A DNA stretch of 64,000 nucleotides, taken from an uncultured Bacillota bacterium. Its GTDB lineage: Bacteria; Sysuimicrobiota; Sysuimicrobiia; Sysuimicrobiales; Segetimicrobiaceae. The translations under genes were made by a program, and so were the position numbers. Position 1 is the stretch's first letter, and each line of letters opens with the position of its first letter. Shown one piece after another: positions 39,888 through 49,786 of the stretch. The stretch spans positions 128,001 to 192,000 of the forward strand of contig CAWDRG010000002.1 of NCBI GenBank assembly GCA_963804645.1, read 5' to 3'. The notes beneath the pieces are model-generated. The model saw only the letters and a list, made by a program, of their open reading frames with translations. It was not told where the DNA came from and did no database searches.

Positions 39888-42800
39888 ATGCAGTGCCCCG
39901 CCTGCGGTTTCGAAAGCCCCCCGGGCATGCGCTTCTGCGGTCAGTGCGGAGCGATGCTCGCTCCGCCCGCGCCGTCCGCCGAAGAACGCAAGCTGGTGAC
40001 CGTCCTGTTTGCCGACGTGGTCGGGTCCACCGCGCGCTCGGGCGCGGTCGATCCAGAGCAGGTGCGGCGGCAGATGTCGCGCTTCTTCGAAATCGCCAAT
40101 GAGGAGATCCGCCGGTACGGCGGGACCGTGGAGAAATTCATCGGGGACGCGGTCATGGCCGTCTTCGGGCTCCCCCTGATCCACGAGGACGATCCCGAGC
40201 GGGCGGTACGCACCGCGGCGGCACTCAAATCGCGGGTGGCCGCCGAGGTCGAGGCCGCGACGCTCCCCGAGATTCGGATCGGCATGAACACCGGGGAGGT
40301 CGTGGCCGATCCGCAGGCGACCGACAAGGGTGAGTTCCTGGTGACCGGTGAGGTGGTGAACCTTGCGGCCCGACTCCAGCAGCACGCCCAGCCGGGCCAG
40401 GTCCTCTTAGGCGAACGCACCGTGCGTGCGCTCGGCGACATCGCCTACGTGCGTCCGGTGACGCCGCTGACGGTGAAAGGCGCATCCGCTCCCCTCTTGG
40501 CCTGGGAACTGCTCGGGGTCGCCCCTCCGCGGGAACGCACGGTGCGAGCGACACCGTTTGTGGGTCGGGCCGAGGAACTCGACATGCTGCTGGGTCATGC
40601 CCGGCGGATACGGCGCGGGCGCCGGGGATTCATGATCAGCATCCTGGGACCGGCCGGGGTGGGCAAAACGCGCCTGGTGAGGGAGTTGTGTGCCCGGATT
40701 GAGGGCGTCCGCGTCCTCCGCGGTCGGGCGCTGCCCTACGGGACCGGGGTGCCGTTCTGGGCGCTCGGGGAAGTGATCCGCGAGGAATCCGGCATTTTGA
40801 TGGGAGACCCGCTGAGCCGCGCGCGCCGGAAGCTCCAGGACACGACCGACCGCCTGGGGATCCCGGACGCCGCCCCCGCGCTGCTGGCGGTCTTGGGGCT
40901 CGGTCCGGACGGACACGGATTGCCTCGGGACGCGCTCTTTTCCGGCGTGCGCGCGTTCTTCCAGGCCGTGGCCCGAACTGGACCGCTCCTGATGATTGTC
41001 GAGGACGTGCACTCCGCCGAGGACGTCACGTTAGACTTTTTCGAGCAGATGACGCTTTGGGTCCGCGAGACGCCGGTGCTGCTGCTGGTGCTCGCGCGGC
41101 CCGAGCTGCTCGAGCGGCGCCCGATGTGGGTGGTCGGCACGCGCACCTCCACGACGCTCTTTCTTGATCCCCTGCTTGGCGAGGAGAGCCGCGCGCTGGT
41201 GCAGGGGATCCTGGACGGCAAGCCGGCACCCGGTCCGCTCGTGGAACGGCTGCTGGAGCGGTCGGAGGGCAACGTGCTCTTCGTGGAAGAGATGCTGCGG
41301 TCGCTGCTCGACCGCGGGGCCCTGACGAAAGAGGCCGATCGGTGGGTCCTCACGGTGCCGCTCGACGAGATGGCGATCCCCGATACCGTCCACGCGGTGA
41401 TCGCGGCGCGCATCGATGCCCTGCCGGGGTCGGAGAAGCTCGTCCTGCAGACGGCGTCCGTCATGGGGCAGGTCTTCTGGCTCGGGGCCGTGCGTGTCAT
41501 CGCCGGCGAGACCCAGGTGGACGATGCGCTCTGGGCGCTGGTCGTGAAGAACCTGTTGGTCCTCAATCAGCGGTCCGCCCTCGAAGGCGAGGACGAGTTC
41601 AGCTTCCGAAACATTCTGATCCGTGACGTCGCCTATGCGATGCAGCCCAAATCTGTGCGGTGGCCCAAACACCGACGCGCGGCGGAATGGATGCAGGAGA
41701 TCGGCGGGGACCGCCAGGACGAACTGGCCGACGTGATCGCCTATCACTGGCTGCAGGTGATGGCGCTGCGCGAGGACTTGGGGCTGCCGCCCGAGGCGCG
41801 GGCACGCGAGCACGCGATCGCGAACCTGCTGCTGGCGGGAGACCGGGCGGCGGCGCTGTACGCGAATACGACGGCGCTCGACCACTTTACGCGCGCGCTG
41901 GAGCTGGAGCCCCCGCCCACCGCGCGCCTGCGGGTCCTGCTCGGCCGCGGGGAGGTCCGGATGCTGCTCGGACAGCACGAGCCGGCGCGCGACGACTTTG
42001 CCGCGGTGCGCGCCCTCGCGCGGGAGGCGGACGCGCCGCGGTGGGAAGCGATCGCGCTCGATCGCCTGGGCTACTCGTACGGGCGGCAGGACCAGATCAC
42101 CCAAGCGCTGGAGCACCTCGAGCCGGCCCTGACGCTGAGCCGCGCGGTGAACGATCCGTCCCTCACCGGGCGCGTGCTCAACCATATGGGGTTTGCGTAC
42201 TTCCACCAGTCCAAGCACGGCGAAGCGTTCACCATGCACGAAGAGGCCCGCCGGCTCCTCGACGCATGCGGAGACACGGCCGGCCTCGCCGAGAGCCTGC
42301 ACGGATTGGGGGACACCTGCGGCTTCTTGGGCCGGTTCCAGGAAGCGATCGAGTGGTACCAGCAGGCGGTCGACGTGAGCGAGCGGATCGGGCAACGCTC
42401 GCTCGCCGGCGAGAGCCGGTACATGATCGCCTGGCTTCGCAAGAAGCAGGGCGCCTACGCGGACGCCCAGGCGGAGGCCCAGCGCAGCGTCGCCGAGCTG
42501 ACGGAGATCGGCGACGTGTGGAACACGTCCTTCGCGCTCACGCGCCTCGCGGAGATCGCGAATACCCTGGGCCAGTTTGGCGACGCGCTGAAGCTCACCG
42601 CGCAGTCGCTGGGCCTCGCGCGGGAGATCGACGCCGGCCGGCAGGCGGTGTCCAGCCTGCTGGAGAGCGGCACGACACGTCGCGAGCTGGAAGACCACCG
42701 GGGGGCCTGGGCGGCCGATCGCGAGGCGATTGAACTCGCGCACGCGGGTGAAGTCGCCGCGTATTGGATGCCGCTCGTCCTATCCTCGCTGGCCCTGGAC

Positions 42801-43322
42801 AGCGCGGGGCTCGGCCGAGCGAGCGCGGCGCGGTCGTACATCGAGTACGCTCGGCGCGCCCTCGCCGAAGGGCCGAACCGCGCGGACTATCGACAGCAAG
42901 TGACCTATGCGCAGGGACGGGTGCAGTTGACACTGGAGCAACCCGCCGACGCGCGAGCCACAGCGGACCAGCTCCTGGCCATGGCGGTGACCACCGAGAC
43001 GTTGCACTGGCGCGTGCCCGCGATGCTGCTCGCGGCCGACGCGACCGCCGCGCTCGGGGACCCGTCGGCCGCGCGGGTCACGTACGAGTTGACGGCCGCA
43101 GACGCGGAGCGCCTGGGCCTCGCGCCGGCCCTCTGGCGGGCGCTCGCCGGGCTGGCCGAGGTGCAGCGGGCGTTGGGGCAGGCGCAGGCGTCAGTCGGGA
43201 GCGCGACGCGGGCCCGAGAGATCATCGATCGCCTGGCCGCGACCGTGGCCGATCCTGAGCTGCGCGCAACGTTCCTGCACTCGGCGAAGGTCCAGCGGGT
43301 CACGGCGCTCGCGGGCGCCTGA
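39888..43322 (+). CDS. Zn-ribbon + class III adenylate/guanylate cyclase + STAND-type AAA ATPase + TPR protein
   Basis: CPACG...FCGQCG; TVLFADVVGST, EKFIGDAVMA, VN.AARLQ; GPAGVGKT, IVEDVH, EGN.LF.EE; helical repeats. Confidence 0.92.
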   Translation: MQCPACGFESPPGMRFCGQCGAMLAPPAPSAEERKLVTVLFADVVGSTARSGAVDPEQVRRQMSRFFEIANEEIRRYGGTVEKFIGDAVMAVFGLPLIHEDDPERAVRTAAALKSRVAAEVEAATLPEIRIGMNTGEVVADPQATDKGEFLVTGEVVNLAARLQQHAQPGQVLLGERTVRALGDIAYVRPVTPLTVKGASAPLLAWELLGVAPPRERTVRATPFVGRAEELDMLLGHARRIRRGRRGFMISILGPAGVGKTRLVRELCARIEGVRVLRGRALPYGTGVPFWALGEVIREESGILMGDPLSRARRKLQDTTDRLGIPDAAPALLAVLGLGPDGHGLPRDALFSGVRAFFQAVARTGPLLMIVEDVHSAEDVTLDFFEQMTLWVRETPVLLLVLARPELLERRPMWVVGTRTSTTLFLDPLLGEESRALVQGILDGKPAPGPLVERLLERSEGNVLFVEEMLRSLLDRGALTKEADRWVLTVPLDEMAIPDTVHAVIAARIDALPGSEKLVLQTASVMGQVFWLGAVRVIAGETQVDDALWALVVKNLLVLNQRSALEGEDEFSFRNILIRDVAYAMQPKSVRWPKHRRAAEWMQEIGGDRQDELADVIAYHWLQVMALREDLGLPPEARAREHAIANLLLAGDRAAALYANTTALDHFTRALELEPPPTARLRVLLGRGEVRMLLGQHEPARDDFAAVRALAREADAPRWEAIALDRLGYSYGRQDQITQALEHLEPALTLSRAVNDPSLTGRVLNHMGFAYFHQSKHGEAFTMHEEARRLLDACGDTAGLAESLHGLGDTCGFLGRFQEAIEWYQQAVDVSERIGQRSLAGESRYMIAWLRKKQGAYADAQAEAQRSVAELTEIGDVWNTSFALTRLAEIANTLGQFGDALKLTAQSLGLAREIDAGRQAVSSLLESGTTRRELEDHRGAWAADREAIELAHAGEVAAYWMPLVLSSLALDSAGLGRASAARSYIEYARRALAEGPNRADYRQQVTYAQGRVQLTLEQPADARATADQLLAMAVTTETLHWRVPAMLLAADATAALGDPSAARVTYELTAADAERLGLAPALWRALAGLAEVQRALGQAQASVGSATRAREIIDRLAATVADPELRATFLHSAKVQRVTALAGA

Positions 43323-43507
43323 GCGAGTCGCCCCGCGCGCAGCGTCACGGCGTCCTGCTCGGCATGGCGGGACGCGGTTCCAGGGTGGCCGCGACACTCC
43401 GGGCCACGCGCACGCGACGGTGCGTCCACCTCGGGTCCCGGGTTCGCGTGCGACCGAGAGTGTATAATACGGTCCATCAGCCCCAACCCAGTGGTGGAGG
43501 CGACCTC

Positions 43508-43936
43508 ATGGTGTTCGGCCCGTCGAGCAAGGTGCAGATGCTCGAAAAAGTGCCGCTGTTCAGCGGTCTCTCGCGAAAACAGCTCCAGCAGGTCGCCCGG
43601 GTCGTCGACGAAGTCGACGTCCCGGCGGGCAGGCGATTGGCAACCGCCGGCGAGAGCGGTGACGAGCTGTTCGTGATCGTGGAAGGGACCGCCACGGTGC
43701 GGACGCCGCGGGGGCGCGCGGTGCGCCTCGGCCCCGGAGAGTTTTTCGGCGAGATGAGCCTCGTCGACGGTGGTCCCCGATCGGCCGACGTCGACGCGGG
43801 CACCGCAATGCGGCTCCTCGTGGTCGACCGACGCGCCTTCTGGGGGCTGCTGGCCGCGGCGCCCCCGCTCGTTCCCAAAATCATGAGCACGCTGTCGCGC
43901 CGACTGCGCGACGCGCAGGGTTCGATCTCGTCCTGA
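43508..43936 (+). CDS. Second stand-alone cyclic nucleotide-binding domain protein
   Basis: VPLFSGL, GESGDELFVIVEG, GEFFGEMSLVDGGPRSA; GGAGG RBS; TATAAT at 43463-43468. Confidence 0.9.
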   Translation: MVFGPSSKVQMLEKVPLFSGLSRKQLQQVARVVDEVDVPAGRRLATAGESGDELFVIVEGTATVRTPRGRAVRLGPGEFFGEMSLVDGGPRSADVDAGTAMRLLVVDRRAFWGLLAAAPPLVPKIMSTLSRRLRDAQGSISS

Positions 43937-43993
43937 TGCCGGAGTCACGGCGCACGACCCGACCGGCCGACGCCGGCCGGTCGCGAGGAGGGT

Positions 43994-44278
43994 GTGGTGA
44001 ACGCGGTGTGGCGCGGTCAGGTGATTGCGGCGAGCGATCGAACGCTCGAGGTCGGCGGCTACCGGTACTTCCCGCGCGAGGACGTCCGCATGGACCTGCT
44101 GCGGCCGACCCCGAAGACCCAGCGTGATCTCGCCTGCCCGCACGGGGTGCAGTTCTTCGACGTCGTCGAGGGCACGGCGCGCAGCCCACGGGCTGCATGG
44201 TCGTACGAAGCGCCCCGTCCGTCGATGACGCAGGTCGATCGGTGGATCGGCTTCTGGGAGGACGTGCAGTTCGAATGA
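43994..44278 (+). CDS. DUF427-like protein
   Basis: AVWRG.VIA.SD.T..V.G..YFP..DV, CP, AAWSY..P, IGFW. Confidence 0.75.
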   Translation: MVNAVWRGQVIAASDRTLEVGGYRYFPREDVRMDLLRPTPKTQRDLACPHGVQFFDVVEGTARSPRAAWSYEAPRPSMTQVDRWIGFWEDVQFE

Positions 44279-44446
44279 AGGCGTCCCGCGGCGCGGCGCG
44301 CGTCCGACTCGTCGCACGACCCCGCGTGTAACCGCGTGCGGGCGGCCTGCGGGGCTCGGATGGCCCGCACGGAGCTCGCGCCGGCGTCCCGCAGGCCGCC
44401 CGCGGCGCCGGCCGCGTGTGGGTCCCGACGATAACGTACATCCGAC

Positions 44447-45382
44447 GTGATGCCGATGGAGATGCTCCTCGAGGTGCACGACCTCGTCAAGGTATTCGGA
44501 CGCGCCCGGGCCGTGGACGGCGTGTCGTTCACCATTCCGAAAGGCCGCATCGTGGGCCTCCTCGGGCCGAACGGCGCCGGGAAGACCACCACGATCCACA
44601 TGCTGCTCGGCCTCATCACGCCGACGGCGGGGCGCATCGTGTACTTCGGGCGGGAGTTTCCCCGACACCGATCCGCGTGCCTTCAGCGGATCAACTTTGC
44701 GTCCTCGTTCAACACGCTCCAGGGCCGGATCTCCGTGTGGGAAAACCTCGCGGTGTTCGCCCGGCTGTACGGACTCCGCGCGCCGCGCGCGAAGATCGAG
44801 TCGCTGGCCGCGTACTTCGGGGTGACCGCGCTGCTGCATGCGCGGTATTGGGACCTCTCGGCGGGTGAGCGCACCCGCGTCAACCTCATCAAGGCGCTGC
44901 TGAACGACCCCGAGCTCATTCTGATGGACGAGCCGACGGCGGCGCTCGATCCGGACATCGCCGACAAGACGCTCGCGCTGATCGAGGAGATCCGCCGCGT
45001 GTCCGGGGTCTCGATTCTGTACACCAGCCACGACATGCACGAGGTCACCCGGATCTGCGACGACGTCATCTTTCTCGACCGCGGCCGGATCTTCGCCCAC
45101 GACACGCCGCTCGGGCTGACGAAGCGCATTCGCACGGCGACGCTCGCGCTCACGTTCGACGGCGACCGGGCCGTCGTCGAACGCTTCCTCACCGAGCGCG
45201 GGGCGCGGTTCCGGTTCACGCACCCGTTCTCGGTGTCGATCGAGACGACCGAGCAGGCGCTCCCGAGTCTCATTTTTGACGTCGCCACGACCGGCGTGTG
45301 GATCACCGACGTCGACGTCAAGAAGCCCACCCTGGAGGACGTGTTTCTCACGATCGCGCGGGGGCCGCGCCGTGTCGACTGA
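44447..45382 (+). CDS. ABC-2 type exporter ATPase
   Basis: [31 protein letters not shown]. Confidence 0.9.
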   Translation: MMPMEMLLEVHDLVKVFGRARAVDGVSFTIPKGRIVGLLGPNGAGKTTTIHMLLGLITPTAGRIVYFGREFPRHRSACLQRINFASSFNTLQGRISVWENLAVFARLYGLRAPRAKIESLAAYFGVTALLHARYWDLSAGERTRVNLIKALLNDPELILMDEPTAALDPDIADKTLALIEEIRRVSGVSILYTSHDMHEVTRICDDVIFLDRGRIFAHDTPLGLTKRIRTATLALTFDGDRAVVERFLTERGARFRFTHPFSVSIETTEQALPSLIFDVATTGVWITDVDVKKPTLEDVFLTIARGPRRVD

Positions 45383-46160
45383 CCGAATCGCCGGGGTGCT
45401 GCTGCAGGAGGTCTACATCACGCGGCGGTCGCTCGAAGTGATCGTGGACCTATTCTACACGTCCGCGGTCACCGTCGTGGTTTTCGGCTTCGTCTCGCGG
45501 TTCCTCGTCGGCGTCACGCATCAGAACGCGGGCTCGTACCTGATCCTGGGCCTGCTCCTGTGGGAGGTCATCCGCGTCAATCAATACTCCCTGACCGTCG
45601 GCAGCCTGTGGAACATCTGGTCGCACAACCTGAGCAACATGTTTGTGGCGCCGCTCACCGTCACCGAATACATCGTGGCCCACCTGCTGTCGGCGCTCCT
45701 CAAGACGTTCGTGATCTTCTGCGGGATCTCGGCCGTCGCGGCCTGGGGATTTCACTTCGACATCTTGCGGCTGGGCGTCCTCAACGTGGCCCTGTTCTTC
45801 GCGAACCTGACCGTGTTCGCGTGGTCGGTCGGGCTCGTGCTGCTGGGCGTGATCTTCCAGGTGGGCACTCGCATCCAGGCGCTGGCGTGGGGCATGATCT
45901 TCCTGTTCCAGCCGCTGACCGCGGCGTTTTTCCCGGTCACGGCGCTGCCGCCGGTGGTCCGCGCGGTCGCCTATGCCCTGCCCCCGACGTACGTGTTCGA
46001 GGCCGCGCGGCGCGCGCTCGACGTGCCCGGGGTGAACTGGACGTCGATCGGCATCGCGAGCGCCGAGAATCTCGTCTACCTGGTCGCGGCCGTCGGGACG
46101 TTTTCGTGGATGGTGGCCCGGTCGCGCAGCAGCGGCCGGCTCGCCCGCGCCGAGGGCTGA
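45372..46160 (+). CDS. ABC-2 type exporter permease
   Basis: Six TM helices, WSHNL.N.FVAPL, FFPV..LP, PPTYVFE. Confidence 0.85.
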   Translation: MSTDRIAGVLLQEVYITRRSLEVIVDLFYTSAVTVVVFGFVSRFLVGVTHQNAGSYLILGLLLWEVIRVNQYSLTVGSLWNIWSHNLSNMFVAPLTVTEYIVAHLLSALLKTFVIFCGISAVAAWGFHFDILRLGVLNVALFFANLTVFAWSVGLVLLGVIFQVGTRIQALAWGMIFLFQPLTAAFFPVTALPPVVRAVAYALPPTYVFEAARRALDVPGVNWTSIGIASAENLVYLVAAVGTFSWMVARSRSSGRLARAEG

Positions 46161-46170
46161 CGGCGCCCGG

Positions 46171-47178
46171 TTAGTCCGGCGCCTCCTCGAGGACTCGCCA
46201 GAGCTCGTCGCGGGCGGCCGGGACGAGCGGGGACGTCCGTCCGGCGTGCTGGACCACCGGGGGCGCGCCCGCGCCGAGGAACTCGCCGATCTCCGCGACC
46301 GGCGCCCCGGTCGCGCGCACCGCCTCGGCGGTGCGCGCCGGGTCCGGCGTGGCGATCAGCAGCGCCCCGCTGCCGATCAGCGCGAGCGGATTCGCGCCCA
46401 GCACCCGGCAGATCGCCGCGGTCTCGTCCGGGACGGGGATGCGGTCCGCGTCCACGCGGACCCCCACGCCCGAGGCGGTCGCGATCTCGTGCGCGGCGGT
46501 CAGGACGCCCCCCTCGGTCACGTCGTGCATCGCACGGGCCCCCGCCCCGGCCGCGGCGCGTCCCTCCGGGAGCACGCTCAGGCGATCCCGGAACGCCTGC
46601 GCGCGGGCGAGCAGCGCATCCCCCAGCGCCGGCCGCAGCCGTGCCGCGAGGTCGGTGGCGAGGATCGCGGTGCCCTCGATGCCGGCGCCCTTCGTCACGA
46701 GCAGCCGGTCTCCCGGTTGGGCCCCGCCGCTGCGCACCAGACGCGCGCGCGGCGCCCGCCCAACCGCGGTCATCACCACGATGGTCCGGTCGATTCCCCG
46801 GGTAACCTCGCTGTGTCCGCCGACGATCTCCACGCCGATCGACGACGCCGCGGCGCCGGCATCGTGCATCACGCGGGCCATGTCGCCGCCGGGATCGTCT
46901 TCGCTGAGCAGCAGCGTCAGCATAAGCGCGACCGGTTCCGCGCCCGCGGCCGCGAGGTCGTTCGTCGCGACGAACACCGCGTACCAGCCAGCGTGATGCC
47001 CGGCGCCCGTGATGGGGTCGGTCGTCAGCACCGCCGCCTCGTCGCCGAACGCGATCGCCGCGCAGTCCTCTCCCACGGCGGCGTGAACCAGCACGTCCGG
47101 CCGGCGCGTGCCGAGGTGCGCGTACGCGAGCGTGCGCAGGAGCTCGGGCGGCACCTTGCCGACGGGCAGCCGCGTCAC
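46171..47178 (-). CDS. AIR synthase-related (PurM/HypE/ThiL-like) protein
   Basis: GKVP, GEDCA, TTDPI, NDLAA.GA.P, GGHSE, MHDVTEGG. Confidence 0.85.
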   Translation of the reverse strand: MTRLPVGKVPPELLRTLAYAHLGTRRPDVLVHAAVGEDCAAIAFGDEAAVLTTDPITGAGHHAGWYAVFVATNDLAAAGAEPVALMLTLLLSEDDPGGDMARVMHDAGAAASSIGVEIVGGHSEVTRGIDRTIVVMTAVGRAPRARLVRSGGAQPGDRLLVTKGAGIEGTAILATDLAARLRPALGDALLARAQAFRDRLSVLPEGRAAAGAGARAMHDVTEGGVLTAAHEIATASGVGVRVDADRIPVPDETAAICRVLGANPLALIGSGALLIATPDPARTAEAVRATGAPVAEIGEFLGAGAPPVVQHAGRTSPLVPAARDELWRVLEEAPD

Positions 47179-47243
47179 GACGGATCCCCGGGGCGGGGCG
47201 CCGAGTAGGAGTTCGCGGGACCGTGGAGAATCACGACGGCGGG

Positions 47244-47480
47244 ATGCCCGAAACCGCGTTTCTGCTGATCAAGATCGATCACAACACGCCGGCCGAAGTC
47301 ACCCGATTGCTGCGCGCATTGCCCGGCATCGATGAGGCGCACGCGATCATGGGGGAGTTCGACGTGCTCGCCGTGGTCCGCACGAACGCGACGCGCGAAG
47401 TCACCGCGCTGGTCGACGCGCACGTCCGCACGATCCACGGGGTCTCGCGGGTCGTGACCTGCATCACGGTGCCGGTGTAG
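47244..47480 (+). CDS. Lrp/AsnC ligand-binding-domain-only protein
   Basis: AFLLI...V...L..LPGI.EAH.I.GEFDVLA.V...I.GV....T; no HTH. Confidence 0.8.
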   Translation: MPETAFLLIKIDHNTPAEVTRLLRALPGIDEAHAIMGEFDVLAVVRTNATREVTALVDAHVRTIHGVSRVVTCITVPV

Positions 47481-47529
47481 GCGCGGCCCGGCCCACCCGC
47501 CCGAGCCGCCGCGGGGGCTCCGCGGCCGG

Positions 47530-48459
47530 CTAGACGGCAACGCGGGGCGTGATCATCGTCATGCGCCCCAGGATCTGCTGGGCGACCTCGAGGGCGCGGA
47601 GTCCGTGCTCGCCGGGGACCAGCGGCCGCGCCTCGCCCCGCACGCAGTCCAGAAAGTGCGCGAGTTCCGCCCGGAGCGGCTCCTCGCCCTTGAGCAGCGT
47701 CTTCCGCTCGACGCCGCGGCGCACCACGGTCATCTGCTGGGTCAGATAGTTCAGGTGCACCAGCCCGTCGTGCAGCGTGATCTCGAGCTCGGCCGCTTTG
47801 ACCGGCGAGACCCGGCTCGCCACGAAGCTCGCGAGACATCCGTTCTCCAGACTGAGATGCGCGACCGCGAGGTCCTCGTCGTCCCCGTGAATCGCCGCGC
47901 CGATCGCGCTGACGCGGGACACGGGCGACCGCATGAGCGTGAGGATGATGTCGAGGTCGTGGATCATCAAGTCGAGCACGACGCCGACATCCATGACCCG
48001 CCGCGGATTCCAGGGACGCACGCGGCGGACCTGCACGAACAGCGGCTCGGTCACGTATTCCCGCAGCGCCTGCACCGACGGCTTGAAGCGCTCGACGTGC
48101 CCCACGAGCAGCGTCACGCCCTGACGCGCCGCAATCTCGATCAGGTCGGCCGCCTGGTCCACCGTGGTCGTGATCGGCTTCTCCACGAGCAAGTGCACGC
48201 CGTGCTGCAGGAACTCACGCGCAACCTCGTAGTGCAGCGCCGTCGGGACCACGAGGCTGACCGCGTCCACCTTGCCGAACAACTCGCGGTAGTCCTGGTA
48301 GCCCGCGGTTTGGTAGCGCCGCGCAAACGCGCTCGTCTCCCGCGCGGCGGTGTCCACAACGCCCACGAGGTCGACGCCCGGCATGTGCTTGTAGATCCGC
48401 ACGTGATGCTGCCCCCACTGACCGAGGCCCACCACGCCGACGCGGATGCGGGTGTTCAT
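47530..48459 (-). CDS. Gfo/Idh/MocA oxidoreductase (WbpB/GnnA-like)
   Basis: VGVVGLG.WG..H, VPT..H, VEKP, GHVERF, VVLDLMIHDLD, EEPL..EL. Confidence 0.88.
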   Translation of the reverse strand: MNTRIRVGVVGLGQWGQHHVRIYKHMPGVDLVGVVDTAARETSAFARRYQTAGYQDYRELFGKVDAVSLVVPTALHYEVAREFLQHGVHLLVEKPITTTVDQAADLIEIAARQGVTLLVGHVERFKPSVQALREYVTEPLFVQVRRVRPWNPRRVMDVGVVLDLMIHDLDIILTLMRSPVSRVSAIGAAIHGDDEDLAVAHLSLENGCLASFVASRVSPVKAAELEITLHDGLVHLNYLTQQMTVVRRGVERKTLLKGEEPLRAELAHFLDCVRGEARPLVPGEHGLRALEVAQQILGRMTMITPRVAV

Positions 48460-48469
48460 CGGCCCCCCC

Positions 48470-49588
48470 TCACCCGCGTGCGTCGAAGCTGCGCACCGCG
48501 CGGATGACCCGTTCCACCGCGTCGTCGGTGAGCGCCGGATGCACCGGAATGCTCACGACCTCGTCGGCGGCGCGCTCGGCCTCGGGGCACCGGACCGTCC
48601 CGTAGCCCTCGCGCTCGTACAGCGGGCTCTTGTGAATCGGCGTCGGATAGTAGACACGCGTGCCGATCCCGTGCGCGTCGAGGTGGCGGACCAGGCGGTC
48701 GCGCACGCGCGGCACGCGGAGCGTGTATTGATGGTAGACGTGCAGGCATCCGGGGGGCTCGTAGGGCAGTACCAGCCAGTCCAGATCCCCGAGCCCCGCG
48801 GACAGCCGGGCGGCGTGCTCGCGCCGGCGGGCGTTCCGGCCTTCGAGCAGGGGGAGCTGCGTCGCGCCGAGCGCGCCCTCAATCTCGTTCATCCGGAAGT
48901 TGTACCCGAGCGTCTCGTAGACATAGCGCTCCCGGGTACCGCAGTCGATCAGCAGCCGGGCGCGATCGGCCACGGCCGCGTCGTTCGTCGTGAGCATGCC
49001 GCCTTCGCCGGTCATCAGATTCTTCGTCGGATAGAAGCTGAACATGGCGGCCGCGCCGAACGTGCCGACGCGACGGCCCCCAAACGCCGCCCCGTGGGCC
49101 TGGGCGGCATCCTCGATCACGGTCAGGCCGTGGGTCCGCGCGATGCGGTCCAGCGCGTCCATCTGACACGGCAGGCCGTACAGATGCACCGGCAGGATTC
49201 CCTGCACGTCCGGCGTCCGACGCACGGCCTCATCGACCGCGTCGGGATCGAGATTGTAGGTGCGCGGATCGATGTCGACGAACACGGGACGGGCGCCCCG
49301 ATGGAGCAGCGCGTTCGCGGTCGCCCCGAACGAGAACGGCGTGGTGATGACCCGCGCGCCCGGCCGAATCCCGACGGCCTCGACCGCCACCATCAACGCC
49401 GTCGTGCCGGACGAGGCCGCGACGGCGTGCGCCGCCCCCAGGTACTCGGCGAACGCCCGCTCAAACTCTCGCACCCAGCGCCCGGCAACAAGGTGGCCCG
49501 ATTCGAGCACCTCGAGGACCCGGCGCTTCTCCTCCTCGGTGATTTGGGGTTGAGCGATCGGTACGGTCTGCTGCGATGTGGTAGGCAT
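48470..49588 (-). CDS. DegT/DnrJ/EryC1/StrS aminotransferase (WbpE/GnnB-like)
   Basis: SSGTTAL, PVHLYG, IEDAAQAHGA, FSFYPTKN..TGEGG, GYNFRM. Confidence 0.92.
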   Translation of the reverse strand: MPTTSQQTVPIAQPQITEEEKRRVLEVLESGHLVAGRWVREFERAFAEYLGAAHAVAASSGTTALMVAVEAVGIRPGARVITTPFSFGATANALLHRGARPVFVDIDPRTYNLDPDAVDEAVRRTPDVQGILPVHLYGLPCQMDALDRIARTHGLTVIEDAAQAHGAAFGGRRVGTFGAAAMFSFYPTKNLMTGEGGMLTTNDAAVADRARLLIDCGTRERYVYETLGYNFRMNEIEGALGATQLPLLEGRNARRREHAARLSAGLGDLDWLVLPYEPPGCLHVYHQYTLRVPRVRDRLVRHLDAHGIGTRVYYPTPIHKSPLYEREGYGTVRCPEAERAADEVVSIPVHPALTDDAVERVIRAVRSFDARG

Positions 49589-49786
49589 GCGCACCTTTAG
49601 GTGTGTCGTCCCCGGGCCGTCGCGGCAAACATTCTGCACCCCGGGGGGATTTCCTCTCGCGCCGCCGGGCGCTCGGGCCTCTCTGCGTATCGGATCTCTC
49701 TGCTTAATCGTTGCCGGCGTCTCGGGGGTTCCGCGGCGTCCCGCCTGCGCGGCCGCGCGCGCCGGCCGATCGGCGCGCGGCGGACG

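Noticed and set aside
39314..43936. Pycsar or CBASS defence system
   Set aside because: Cyclase is a large STAND fusion and the cNMP proteins carry no TM or TIR effector domain
46171..47178. hypE hydrogenase maturation gene
   Set aside because: Lacks the C-terminal PRIC motif and hyp context
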